A DNA stretch of 64,000 nucleotides, from NCBI GenBank assembly GCA_963710375.1, contig CAVPZX010000005.1:461823-525822 (forward strand). The letters are read 5' to 3'. Of this stretch, positions 29,561-39,158 are shown piece after piece. Each line of letters begins with the position of its first letter. The first letter of the stretch is position 1. The notes under the pieces are model-generated. The model was given only the letters and a program-made list of their open reading frames with translations. It did not search any database and was not told the origin of the DNA. Origin of the DNA: Nitrospirota bacterium. GTDB lineage: Bacteria; Nitrospirota; Thermodesulfovibrionia; Thermodesulfovibrionales; Dissulfurispiraceae. Both the position numbers and the translations under genes were made by a program.

Positions 29561-29995
29561 TCATTGTATTATCAGTTCTGTAAAATAAACATTTTTTACT
29601 GCGTTTCCTTTTTTTAGCACCTGGTTAATTATAAGGACTAATTCGTCTTTAAACTGCATTTTCCCTTCCTGACTGAGAAATTCGTCTGCTGACTTGGACG
29701 AAATGAGAGAAATAATTGCATCTCTCAACGGAGCTTGTTTTGCTTTCGCCATTTCCATTATAGAGGCATCTTTGAGCTCAAGAGCTATTGATACTTTTAT
29801 GTATTTCGGCTCTCCACGGTTTTCAAGGTTTAAGATGAAAGGCTCCATGACGAGGTTTGAGTTCCCTGCAGCCTCTTTTGATCCTTCACTGGCGCTTGTC
29901 ACTCTTGAGCATGCATTTGCACCGATAAGGAGAATTAAAATAATAAGAAATGATATATTCTTTCCCGATCCCAGAAAAGATTTATTACAGAGCAT
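29561..29995 (-). CDS. fliL: Flagellar basal body-associated FliL family protein
   Basis: MEPFILNL, LRDAII, EGKMQFKDEL, NVYFTELIIQ. Confidence 0.85.
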   Translation of the reverse strand: MLCNKSFLGSGKNISFLIILILLIGANACSRVTSASEGSKEAAGNSNLVMEPFILNLENRGEPKYIKVSIALELKDASIMEMAKAKQAPLRDAIISLISSKSADEFLSQEGKMQFKDELVLIINQVLKKGNAVKNVYFTELIIQ

Positions 29996-30055
29996 GAACC
30001 CCCCTTTGTGCATTGCCGTCGTTACTTTTTTTTAATCTTATTGCTTTAATAAGAA

Positions 30056-30071
30056 TGCAAGGGATATGCCA
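30056..30071 (-). promoter_or_regulatory. Sigma-54 (-24/-12) promoter for fliL
   Basis: TGGCATatcccTTGCA on the minus strand about 60 bp upstream of fliL. Confidence 0.7.
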
Positions 30072-30209
30072 GGAGAGATGATGTATTATCTTTTTGATTT
30101 ATTGGGATTTGTTAGGAGTGTTATACAGCATGTAAATGGATTAATTCCAATATCTATGGAAAAATTCCCTAAAATTAGGTAGTGAGTCAGACAGACCTGC
30201 TACCTGATT

Positions 30210-31553
30210 TTAATTTATATTGTAATCTTTAATTTTCGTCAGCAGGGTTTTATAGTCTATCTGCAGCATAACTGCTGCCTTTGACTTATTGCCGCTACTG
30301 ATATGTAATGCCTCTTTTATGGCCTTTTTCTCGACAGCAATAACAGCTTCCCTGAGAGGAAAGAGTTCAGGGTTTTCACTGCGTTTTTCGCCTTCCCTGA
30401 GCAGAAAGCTGACATCCCTTTGCTTGATAACACCGTTTTCTGAGAGGAGAACGGCCCGTCTAATCATATTTTTCAGCTCCCGTATATTGCCAGGCCATTG
30501 ATACCCGTATAAGCTGGCCATGGCAGCCTCGTCGATTTCCTTTATCTGCTTCCCGGTTTCCGTTGTAGCATCTATAAGGAATTTGCGGACGAGGAAGGGG
30601 ATGTCCTCCACGTGCTCCCTCAAAGGCGGCATGGTGATAATGAATTCGCCCAGCCGGTAAAAAAGGTCTTCCCTTAACTCTTTATTCCTGATGCTCTTTT
30701 TCAGGTCCTTATTGGAAGAAGCAATGATACGCACATTAATATCAACCGGCCTGGTGCTCCCGAGTGGGAATATCTTTCTGTCTTCAACAGCGCTGAGAAA
30801 TTTAGTCTGAACATATGGCGTCATATTCTGAAGTTCGTCGATGAACAGAGTCCCTCCACTTGCAGCCTCGAAATAGCCTTTTTTCTGACTGTCGGCGCCG
30901 GTGAAGGAGCCTTTTTGATGGCCGAAAAGTTCACTTTCAACAAGGCTTTCGGGTATGACACTGATATCGACTTTCAGGAACTCCCTTCCCGCCCTTTTGC
31001 TCAGGTTATGTATTACGTTGGCGAGAAACGTCTTTCCGGTTCCTGTTTCACCCTGAAGGATTATAGAAAAGTCGCTGCCAGCCACCTGCTTTACCTGGGA
31101 TATCACTCTTTTCATTGTACTGCTTCTTCCAACCAGCCATTCAAAGGAAGACTCCAATGTCGAGTCAAGGTTCCTAATCTTTTTTTCAAGCTCGACCTTT
31201 TCCATTGCCCGGTTCAGCGTTACGATAAGCTTGCTTACCTGAGGCGGCTTTTCAACGAAATCGTAAGCCCCGAGCTTGATAGCTTGCACGGCTGTCGGTA
31301 TATCGCCAAACGCTGTTACAATGATTACCGGCACATCATTGTTATGTGCTTTCAGTTCCTGCAGGGTTTCAATGCCGTCCATATCAGGCATTTTCAAATC
31401 AAGCAGAACTGCGTTGACATCCTCTTTCATGCAGATATCAACGGCGTCCCTGCCGCTGCACGCCTCAATCACTGAAAAGCCGTGTTCTTTCAGCTTTTCG
31501 GAAAGAGCAAACCTTACGATCTCTTCGTCGTCCACTATCAGTATAGTTGCCAT
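30210..31553 (-). CDS. Sigma-54-dependent response regulator (REC-AAA+-Fis HTH)
   Basis: ILIVDDE, GETGTGK, ESELFGH..GSFTGA, WPGNIREL. Confidence 0.95.
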   Translation of the reverse strand: MATILIVDDEEIVRFALSEKLKEHGFSVIEACSGRDAVDICMKEDVNAVLLDLKMPDMDGIETLQELKAHNNDVPVIIVTAFGDIPTAVQAIKLGAYDFVEKPPQVSKLIVTLNRAMEKVELEKKIRNLDSTLESSFEWLVGRSSTMKRVISQVKQVAGSDFSIILQGETGTGKTFLANVIHNLSKRAGREFLKVDISVIPESLVESELFGHQKGSFTGADSQKKGYFEAASGGTLFIDELQNMTPYVQTKFLSAVEDRKIFPLGSTRPVDINVRIIASSNKDLKKSIRNKELREDLFYRLGEFIITMPPLREHVEDIPFLVRKFLIDATTETGKQIKEIDEAAMASLYGYQWPGNIRELKNMIRRAVLLSENGVIKQRDVSFLLREGEKRSENPELFPLREAVIAVEKKAIKEALHISSGNKSKAAVMLQIDYKTLLTKIKDYNIN

Positions 31554-31599
31554 ATCAGGCACCGTTATTATATTTTGCTCAGTTAGGTAACAACATTTC

Positions 31600-31995
31600 T
31601 TAGATATTTCTGACCGCCTCTTCCACAATTTCCCTTACACTCGCGTTCTCATCATCGAGTGCCTTCAACAGGAAGGGAAGAGCGTCCTTGTGACCTATGA
31701 TATCGAGCAGGTTCGCGGCATCGCCGCGCACCGTCGGACTTTTGTCCTGCAACAGTTTTCCTATTGAGGGAATAAGCTGTATGATTGGATCGGGAGGCGA
31801 CGGGTTGTTATGCACCATTTCCTCGACCAGAGCGGTTGCGCCCAACCGTACACGCATCCTGTCATCCCTGATCATGTCAATGACGATAGGATAGAGAGAA
31901 TCATCGTGCCTGAGCATGTCAATTATATTTTCAAGGAACCCCTTCTCCATATAATCTAGCACCATTGCCCTCAACTCATTATTATTTTCAGTCAT
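31600..31995 (-). CDS. HEAT-repeat protein
   Basis: LLQDKSPTVRGDAANLL, ALDDENASVR. Confidence 0.75.
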   Translation of the reverse strand: MTENNNELRAMVLDYMEKGFLENIIDMLRHDDSLYPIVIDMIRDDRMRVRLGATALVEEMVHNNPSPPDPIIQLIPSIGKLLQDKSPTVRGDAANLLDIIGHKDALPFLLKALDDENASVREIVEEAVRNI

Positions 31996-32095
31996 TTGTT
32001 TTCTGGCAGTCCCATTTGCCTATCACTCGTCTTTTTTTATTGCTTGTTTTATTTTTGCCCATTGCCTATAACCTATAGCCTATTGCCTTTCTTTT

Positions 32096-33040
32096 CTATC
32101 CATGCCAGTCATATTTCCTCCGCTTACGCTTAAAGACATACTTTTCGGCAGAAAGCGCTGCAAGACATCCATGGGCAGCAGCCACAATTACCTGCCTTAC
32201 TTCCGTGCAGGTGACATCACCGGCACTGAACACTCCCGGTACGACGGTCTCTTTCATGGTATTTGTTACTATGCATTCGTCTTCGGATATCTCTATTGCG
32301 CCCTGGAGGAAGTCAATTACAGGCTTGTTTCCGTGGAGATACACAAAGACGCCTGACAGTTTGAGCTCGCTCTCCATCCCGTTAAAGTCTTTGAGCTTTA
32401 CTTTCTCTACAACCTCGCCGCCCTCGATCCCCGTGACTCTCTGCCCGAGCATCACCTTCAGGTTCGGGATCGCCAGGTCGGGATCTTGGCCTTCCGCTTT
32501 CAGTTCCTGCGATGGAGCTATGAGATACACTGTCCTGGCAAAGCGTGTTAAAAGCCCTGCTTCCTTTACCGCTTCTGCAGATTCACCGATGACACATACG
32601 TCCTTCCCCCTGTAAAAGGCCGCATCACATATTGCGCAGTAACTTACCCCCTTGCCAAGAAAATTCGCCTCCCCCGGGATGGACGCCTTCCTGCCCATGG
32701 AGCCTGTGGCGATTATAACGGTTTTGCCATGATAGGTCTTGTCCATAGTGAAGACTTCTTTTACGTCGCCGCCAAGATAGACACCTATAACCTGGGCTTC
32801 TACATATTCTGTGCCGAAAGCCAGGGCCTGTTTCCGGAACATGTCAAGTAAGTCCTTGCCCGATATGGCTGACGATAGGCCCGGATAATTCTCTATCAGG
32901 CTTGCGTAGGCCAACGCGCCGGCGGTTGGCGATTTGTCCAGGACAACGGTTTTCATTTTTGCACGCGACGTATATTGTGCTGCGCTGAGACCAGCCGGAC
33001 CTCCCCCGATTATAATCACGTCATACAGAGTATCAGTCAT
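32096..33040 (-). CDS. trxB: Thioredoxin reductase family FAD oxidoreductase
   Basis: GGGPAG, IENYPG, GVSYCAICD, FSAGDV. Confidence 0.85.
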   Translation of the reverse strand: MTDTLYDVIIIGGGPAGLSAAQYTSRAKMKTVVLDKSPTAGALAYASLIENYPGLSSAISGKDLLDMFRKQALAFGTEYVEAQVIGVYLGGDVKEVFTMDKTYHGKTVIIATGSMGRKASIPGEANFLGKGVSYCAICDAAFYRGKDVCVIGESAEAVKEAGLLTRFARTVYLIAPSQELKAEGQDPDLAIPNLKVMLGQRVTGIEGGEVVEKVKLKDFNGMESELKLSGVFVYLHGNKPVIDFLQGAIEISEDECIVTNTMKETVVPGVFSAGDVTCTEVRQVIVAAAHGCLAALSAEKYVFKRKRRKYDWHG

Positions 33041-33299
33041 TAGGCCTCCTTGAAAGAAACGTTACAGCGTAAAGCGTTATGGCTCAGCGTAAGACGCCTG
33101 ATTAAATATTATACCCTATCGTGTACTGTAAAAACGCGCCATGGCAGTGCAGACAGGATAAGGCAAGTATATAGCCGGATTTTTATAAATTAGTATATAA
33201 TAACTCTCCGGTTTTCGGGAAATGTGGCGGTTCTTTTTCGTGTTCTTTTGCATCCGATTGAGTGCACGCGGGTAAGGGACTAACGGGACAGGGGGATAA

Positions 33300-34070
33300 A
33301 TGGCGAAGCAGGACCTTGAAGAAAAGACTGTTCGCGAATTACGGACAATGGCAAAGAGGGCAGGCATTGCTGTTAAGGGAGACTGGAAGAAAGCGGATCT
33401 GGTAAAAGTCCTTTCTCTAAAGAAGAAACCTGCGGTGAAACCCGCAAAGCCCGCAAAGAAGACCCCGCCCAGGAAAACTGAAGATAAAAAGAGCATTGCG
33501 CATAAAGCGGCAGGAAACCAAATAATAAAAAAACCTGTGAAAAGGACACAAGCTGCGAAAGCGAAAAGTGTGTCGCTGAAAGCGCTGCCGAAGAAAGCTC
33601 CCCTGCCCGATTTCGTATCTGTAGCACTGAAGCCGCCTCCGGAGTTGGTGCTGACTCCTTTGCCTGCCGAATACTCTGGGGACAAGATCGTGTCAATGCA
33701 GGTGAACCCCGGACGGATATATGTCTACTGGGAGGTCGCTGAAGACAGGCTGGTAAAATACAAAGGGAGTCTCAATCTTAAGGTGGTCGATACGAAAGAT
33801 AATTACTTTTTTTATACGCCTGTGTCGGGGAGAATAGGAGAATCTTTTATCAATATAAACCCTGATAGCGATTATGCTGTTGAAATAGGCGTCATTGATT
33901 ATAAGGGTGAATTTGTGAATATAATGCAACCGGAATCAACAGCTGTCACTGAGGTATATTCTGAGACACCGGCATCCGGACAGTCGGAGATGACTGGACA
34001 TGCGCAAAGGGGAGAGGTAGCGCTGCCCGAAGAGTTTTTCGAAGTGCCTGATCCTGTAGGCTCACATTGA
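33300..34070 (+). CDS. DUF4912 protein with Rho-N-like and Lys/Pro/Ala-rich N-terminus
   Basis: LPAEYSGDKIV..VNPGRIYVYWEV; N-terminal KTVRELRTMAK. Confidence 0.75.
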   Translation: MAKQDLEEKTVRELRTMAKRAGIAVKGDWKKADLVKVLSLKKKPAVKPAKPAKKTPPRKTEDKKSIAHKAAGNQIIKKPVKRTQAAKAKSVSLKALPKKAPLPDFVSVALKPPPELVLTPLPAEYSGDKIVSMQVNPGRIYVYWEVAEDRLVKYKGSLNLKVVDTKDNYFFYTPVSGRIGESFININPDSDYAVEIGVIDYKGEFVNIMQPESTAVTEVYSETPASGQSEMTGHAQRGEVALPEEFFEVPDPVGSH

Positions 34071-34093
34071 AATACTTACTGACGAGGGGTGTC

Positions 34094-36178
34094 ATGCGGA
34101 ATAAAAACAATAGGGCAAATATAATCCCTTTATTTGTTATTTTTTTCTTTATGGCCTCACCTTTTCTATTCTCTTGTGGTGGTCACGAAAATGGAACCAG
34201 CTCAACAACACTAGTCTCGATCGCTGTAACGCCTACCAACCCTGGCATTGCCCTTAAAACGACTGAACAGTTTAAAGCGACAGGGACTTATTCTGACAAC
34301 AGCACGAAGGATATCACAGCGTCTGTTATATGGGGTTCATCGGCCACGTCCGTTGCCACTATCAGCAACACGATCAACTCTTCTGGACTTGCTACTCCGG
34401 TTGCTGCGGGTACTGCGACGATTACTGCCACATCAGGGAGTATCTCGGGCTCCACTACCCTGACTGTTAGTTCGGCAACGCTTGTGTCCATTGCTGTGAC
34501 ACCTACTAATCCTGGCATTGCTCTTAAGACCACTGAACAGTTTACAGCAACAGGGACTTTTTCTGATCAAAGCACGCAGGATATCACAGCGTCTGTTATA
34601 TGGGGTTCATCGGCCACGTCCGTTGCCACTATCAGCAACACGACAGGCTCTTTTGGACTGGTTACGCCGGTTGCTGCAGGTACTGCGACGATTACTGCCA
34701 CATCAGGGAGTATCTCGGGCTCCACTGCCCTGACTGTTAGTTCGGCAACGCTTGTGTCCATTGCTGTGACACCTGCCAACCCTGGCATTGCTCTTAAGAC
34801 CACTGAACAGTTTACTGCAACAGGGACTTTTTCGGATCACAGCACGCAGAATATAACGACATCTGTGACCTGGAGTTCATCGGCCACGTCCGTTGCCGCT
34901 ATCAGCAACACGACAGGCTCTTTTGGACTGGTTACGCCGGTTGCTGCAGGCACTGCGACGATTACTGCCACATCGGGAAGCATCTCGGGCTCCATTATCC
35001 TGACTGTCAGTTCGGCAACGCTTGTGTCCATTGCTGTGACACCTGCCAACCCTGGCATTGCTCTTAAGACCACTGAACAGTTTACTGCAACAGGGACTTT
35101 TTCGGATCACAGCACGCAGAATATAACGACATCTGTGACCTGGAGTTCATCGGCAAAGTCCGTTGCTACTATCAGCAACGCGGCCGGCTCTTTTGGACTG
35201 GTCACTCCTGTTGCCGCAGGCACTGCGACTATTACTGCCACATCGGGGAGCATCTCGGGCTCCACTGCCCTTACTGTCAGTTCGGCAACGCTTGTGTCCA
35301 TTGCCGTGACATCTATCAGCCCGGGCATTGCTCTTGGCACTACTGAGCAGTTTACGGCAACAGGGACTTTTTCTGATAACAGTACGCAGAATATCACGAC
35401 ATATGTGACATGGAGTTCATCGGCCACGTCCGTTGCCGCAATCAGCAACGCGGCAGGTTCTAATGGACAGCTTACCTCAGTTGCTACAGGCAATACGACA
35501 ATTACTGCAACATCAGGGAGCATCTCGGGCTCCGCTACCCTGGCTGTTACTTCAGAGCCGTTTGTCACAGCCTTTGTGCTGAGCCTGGCTAGCGGTAGTA
35601 ATCCTCTCGGTTGGCTCCAGCAAATACAGGTCTATACTGACTCCTTGAGCTTCATACCAATAACGATCGCTACGGTGACCGTAAATGGGTCCCCTCTGTC
35701 GTACAATGCTACGAATCAGTCGTATGACGGAAACGTAGCAATTGCTGCGGGTGCTGCAGTCAATCTCAGCGTCACCGTAGGCGAGGCTACCTACACCTCA
35801 TCTGGAACCCAGTTCACTACATTCCCGAGCGTAACTGCTCCTACGTCAGGTTCAACATGGCAGTCTGGGAATGTCAATACCATCACCTGGACAGCCGGTG
35901 CTCCGACCGCAGGGGCAACTTATTTTATCGGGCTTATAAACAGTACAGGCAATTTTGTTTTTCCGGGGAAAAACCCTGTTAATGTTCCGACAAGCTCTAC
36001 TTCGTATACTATCCCTGGAAACAGCCTAACGGCAGGAAACTATGAATTGCTTGTGGGAATCGGAACGCAAGGCATAGGCGGAGAGACTACAGGGGGAATA
36101 CCAATACCCAAAACCGCTGCCGGCTCGGGTCTATGGATAGGCGGGATTAAAGCCTTTGTCCCAATCACTGTTAAGTAG
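34094..36178 (+). CDS. Surface lipoprotein with five tandem Big_2 Ig-like repeats
   Basis: Lipobox-like FLFSC; 90-aa repeats LVSIAVTP...EQFTATGTFSD...VTWSSS...GTATITAT. Confidence 0.85.
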   Translation: MRNKNNRANIIPLFVIFFFMASPFLFSCGGHENGTSSTTLVSIAVTPTNPGIALKTTEQFKATGTYSDNSTKDITASVIWGSSATSVATISNTINSSGLATPVAAGTATITATSGSISGSTTLTVSSATLVSIAVTPTNPGIALKTTEQFTATGTFSDQSTQDITASVIWGSSATSVATISNTTGSFGLVTPVAAGTATITATSGSISGSTALTVSSATLVSIAVTPANPGIALKTTEQFTATGTFSDHSTQNITTSVTWSSSATSVAAISNTTGSFGLVTPVAAGTATITATSGSISGSIILTVSSATLVSIAVTPANPGIALKTTEQFTATGTFSDHSTQNITTSVTWSSSAKSVATISNAAGSFGLVTPVAAGTATITATSGSISGSTALTVSSATLVSIAVTSISPGIALGTTEQFTATGTFSDNSTQNITTYVTWSSSATSVAAISNAAGSNGQLTSVATGNTTITATSGSISGSATLAVTSEPFVTAFVLSLASGSNPLGWLQQIQVYTDSLSFIPITIATVTVNGSPLSYNATNQSYDGNVAIAAGAAVNLSVTVGEATYTSSGTQFTTFPSVTAPTSGSTWQSGNVNTITWTAGAPTAGATYFIGLINSTGNFVFPGKNPVNVPTSSTSYTIPGNSLTAGNYELLVGIGTQGIGGETTGGIPIPKTAAGSGLWIGGIKAFVPITVK
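34207..35550 (+). repeat. Five ~270-bp intragenic tandem repeats
   Basis: Near-identical DNA units with a 270-bp period. Confidence 0.9.
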
Positions 36179-36250
36179 ACCTTTTGTGGGAACCCATCAC
36201 TTGCATGTGACCGATCTGTCAGGTTCCGCTCTGCGTTATAATAAATAGAG

Positions 36251-37099
36251 ATGAATCAAAAAGATTATTACAAAATTTTAGGAGTGAGTGAAAAATCCGG
36301 CTCTGATGAGATAAAAAAAGCTTATAGGAACCTTGCATTCCGTTATCATCCCGATAGGAGCACCGGGAATGAAGAGATGATGAAGGAAATCAATGAGGCC
36401 TACGCCGTCCTGTCAAATCCCGTGAAGAGGAATGAATATGATACTATGAGGCAAAGATATGGCTCCTTTGCAAGGGACCAGTTCAGACAGACCTATAATG
36501 ATCAGGATATCTTCCGGGATTCCGATATTGGTCAAATCTTTGAAGAGCTTAGCAAAATGTTTGGTTTCAGCAGACCTGAAGATATTTTCAGCCGTAATAA
36601 TTTTTATGGCCCTCGTTATCGGACATTTGAATTCAAAGGGGATGGGGGTTCCGCACGGGGCTTCTTCTTTTATGGCCCGATGAGAGCGGCCTATCAGGAG
36701 GCGATGAAGGCATCGCCTGATCAGACGCGGCAGATGGTAGTAGGTGGACATCCCTTGCTTTCAATATTTATGGGGAAGGCGGTTTCCTTGCTTCAAAAAC
36801 TGTTGGCAAAGAAGTTAGGGCTTGAGTTACCTGAAAGCGGAAGAGATTTGAATGATGTTATCCAGATTACTCCGGAGCAAGCTTCCGGTGGTGGTAAGGT
36901 CCGATACCTTTATGACAAACTGGGCAATCCCAGGGAGTTGCTTATCACGCTTCCGCAGGGGATGAGGGATGGACAGAAGATAAAACTTAAGGGCCTTGGT
37001 GAGGGGGGGAAGCGAGGAGGTAACCCCGGTGCTCTCTATTTGAAGGTCAAAATTCGCACACCTTTCCTGGAGAGAATAAAATCTTTTCTTAACAAGTAG
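36251..37099 (+). CDS. DnaJ-domain protein (CbpA-like, no zinc finger)
   Basis: [20 protein letters not shown]-terminal KLKGLG...GALYL. Confidence 0.88.
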   Translation: MNQKDYYKILGVSEKSGSDEIKKAYRNLAFRYHPDRSTGNEEMMKEINEAYAVLSNPVKRNEYDTMRQRYGSFARDQFRQTYNDQDIFRDSDIGQIFEELSKMFGFSRPEDIFSRNNFYGPRYRTFEFKGDGGSARGFFFYGPMRAAYQEAMKASPDQTRQMVVGGHPLLSIFMGKAVSLLQKLLAKKLGLELPESGRDLNDVIQITPEQASGGGKVRYLYDKLGNPRELLITLPQGMRDGQKIKLKGLGEGGKRGGNPGALYLKVKIRTPFLERIKSFLNK

Positions 37100-37171
37100 C
37101 AAATGATCTTGAACCTGCTGTTATAATTAATTCATACATTTTCATCGAATATTTCTAAAGGAGGCTGGGAA

Positions 37172-37711
37172 ATGAAGGTAACTCCAATGGTCCATAAAAA
37201 AATCGCAATGGAACATGATAAGAAGATCGCCCTGGTTGCGCATGATAATAAGAAGCTTGACCTGGTTGAGTGGGCAAAATATAATCGAGAGCTATTGGCT
37301 CACCATAAGATTTATGCAACAGGCACAACTGGCTCAATATTGGAACAGGAGCTTGGCTTCAAAATCATCAAGCTCCAGAGCGGACCTTTGGGCGGTGATC
37401 AGCAAATTGGCGCCAAGATAGCCGATGCCGAGATAGATTTTCTCATTTTCTTCTGGGATCCGCTTGAACCGCAACCCCACGACCCGGATGTCAAGGCGCT
37501 TTTAAGAATGGCAGTAGTTTGGGATATTCCCATTGCCTGCAATCGCGCCTCCGCCGATTTCATGATCTCCTCTCCCTTGATGGATGGCGATTATGATCGT
37601 CTTGTGCCGGATTATGATGCTTATCGAAGCCGAAAAATAGCAGGGGACGAATGCTTAGGGCAAGATACGATTGAATTGGCTGGAGGAGAGATATCAGCAA
37701 AAACAGACTGA
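37172..37711 (+). CDS. mgsA: Methylglyoxal synthase
   Basis: [33 protein letters not shown]. Confidence 0.96.
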   Translation: MKVTPMVHKKIAMEHDKKIALVAHDNKKLDLVEWAKYNRELLAHHKIYATGTTGSILEQELGFKIIKLQSGPLGGDQQIGAKIADAEIDFLIFFWDPLEPQPHDPDVKALLRMAVVWDIPIACNRASADFMISSPLMDGDYDRLVPDYDAYRSRKIAGDECLGQDTIELAGGEISAKTD

Positions 37712-37772
37712 CTCATTATTCTGCAATCCGGTAATATGCAACAGTTGAATTCAATATGTTACTATTTTTGAT

Positions 37773-37853
37773 GCAGGTATGGCGGAATTGGCAGACGCGC
37801 CAGACTTAGGATCTGGTGGGATTCCCATCCGAGTTCGACTCTCGGTACCTGCA
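37773..37853 (+). tRNA. tRNA-Leu (TAG)
   Basis: GCAGGTA/TACCTGC acceptor stem, anticodon arm ccaga-ctTAGga-tctgg, long variable arm. Confidence 0.93.
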
Positions 37854-37873
37854 TTTATAATTATAATAGAATT

Positions 37874-39139
37874 ATGAAAATGACCAGTATGGACATCTCC
37901 GTCCTGTACGTCGAAGACGAGTCGCAGACCCGCGACAAGATAGCCAGAATATTAAAACGTGAGGTCAAATGCTTGTACCTCGCGGAAAACGGTAAAGAGG
38001 GCCTCGCCCTGTTTGAACGTCACCATCCTGATATCGTGATAACAGATATCAAGATGCCGGTGATGGATGGACTTGAGATGGTGGAGAAGATAAAGGCTGT
38101 CGACAAGAATATTCACGTTATTCTCACTACAGCCCACGGCGAGGCTGATTCCTTCATTAAATCCATCAAGGTAGGTGTTGACAGGTACCTGCTGAAACCG
38201 GTTGACGTGTCCATTCTGATCCAGACCCTCAAGGAGATGGCCCAGATTATCGGCATTGCGCGGGAACTGAAGGAAAAGACCGCCCTTCTGGAGGAATACA
38301 AAAAAGCTGTGGATGAGAGCAACATTGTCTGCAAGACTGATATTGAGGGAAAGATCACATATGTAAACGACCAATTCTGCAAAGCATACGGTTACAACAG
38401 AAAGGAGATCCTCGGCAAGGCCTACAAAGTTATCCTGCACCCGCCGGCTAACGAGGGGCTGTTGCAGGAGCTGCAATCCACTATGGCTTCCAAGAGGATA
38501 TGGAAAGGCATTCTGGAGCACGCGAAGAATGGCGGTAATAGTTATTTCGCGGACATGACTATCATACCAATCCTGAGCGCGGATGGAGAGATAATGGAGT
38601 TTATCTTTATAGGCCACGATGTGACGGAACTCGTCGATGGCACTGAGCGGCTTAAACAGTTGTCCGCCACCGATATCCTTACACAGATTTACAACCGGAT
38701 GGCTTTCAACGACTTCCTTGAAGCGGAACTGCAAAGGGCCCAACGGTACAGTACAGGAATGTCTCTCATCATGTTCGACATCGACCATTTCAAAATCGTC
38801 AATGACACATATGGGCACCTGGCCGGAGATGAGGTGCTGAAGACCCTGGTCAAGGTGGTACAATTGAGCATCCGGAAGGTGGATATCTTAGCCCGGTGGG
38901 GCGGAGAAGAATTTATGATACTGGCGCCGGAAGCGGCGCTGGAAGCGGCATGCGAACTGGCCGAAAGGCTGCGTAAGGAGATCGAGGCCCATGTCTTCTC
39001 TACCGCAGAAAAGATTACCGTAAGCATTGGGGTCACTACTTACCGGGACGGCGACTCCGCAGACTCCATTATCACGAGAGTGGACAACGCTCTTTACAGG
39101 GCCAAGGAGAACGGAAGGAACAGGGTTGAAATCGGATAA
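37874..39139 (+). CDS. REC-PAS-GGDEF diguanylate cyclase
   Basis: VLYVEDE, DIKMP, PAS segment, RWGGEEF. Confidence 0.93.
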   Translation: MKMTSMDISVLYVEDESQTRDKIARILKREVKCLYLAENGKEGLALFERHHPDIVITDIKMPVMDGLEMVEKIKAVDKNIHVILTTAHGEADSFIKSIKVGVDRYLLKPVDVSILIQTLKEMAQIIGIARELKEKTALLEEYKKAVDESNIVCKTDIEGKITYVNDQFCKAYGYNRKEILGKAYKVILHPPANEGLLQELQSTMASKRIWKGILEHAKNGGNSYFADMTIIPILSADGEIMEFIFIGHDVTELVDGTERLKQLSATDILTQIYNRMAFNDFLEAELQRAQRYSTGMSLIMFDIDHFKIVNDTYGHLAGDEVLKTLVKVVQLSIRKVDILARWGGEEFMILAPEAALEAACELAERLRKEIEAHVFSTAEKITVSIGVTTYRDGDSADSIITRVDNALYRAKENGRNRVEIG

Positions 39140-39158
39140 TTTTCAGGGACTGGCCAAC

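Noticed and set aside
34207..35550. Long repeat array as CRISPR or a DGR-like template
   Set aside because: These are in-frame 270-bp coding repeats with no unique spacers, and no cas or reverse transcriptase gene is nearby.
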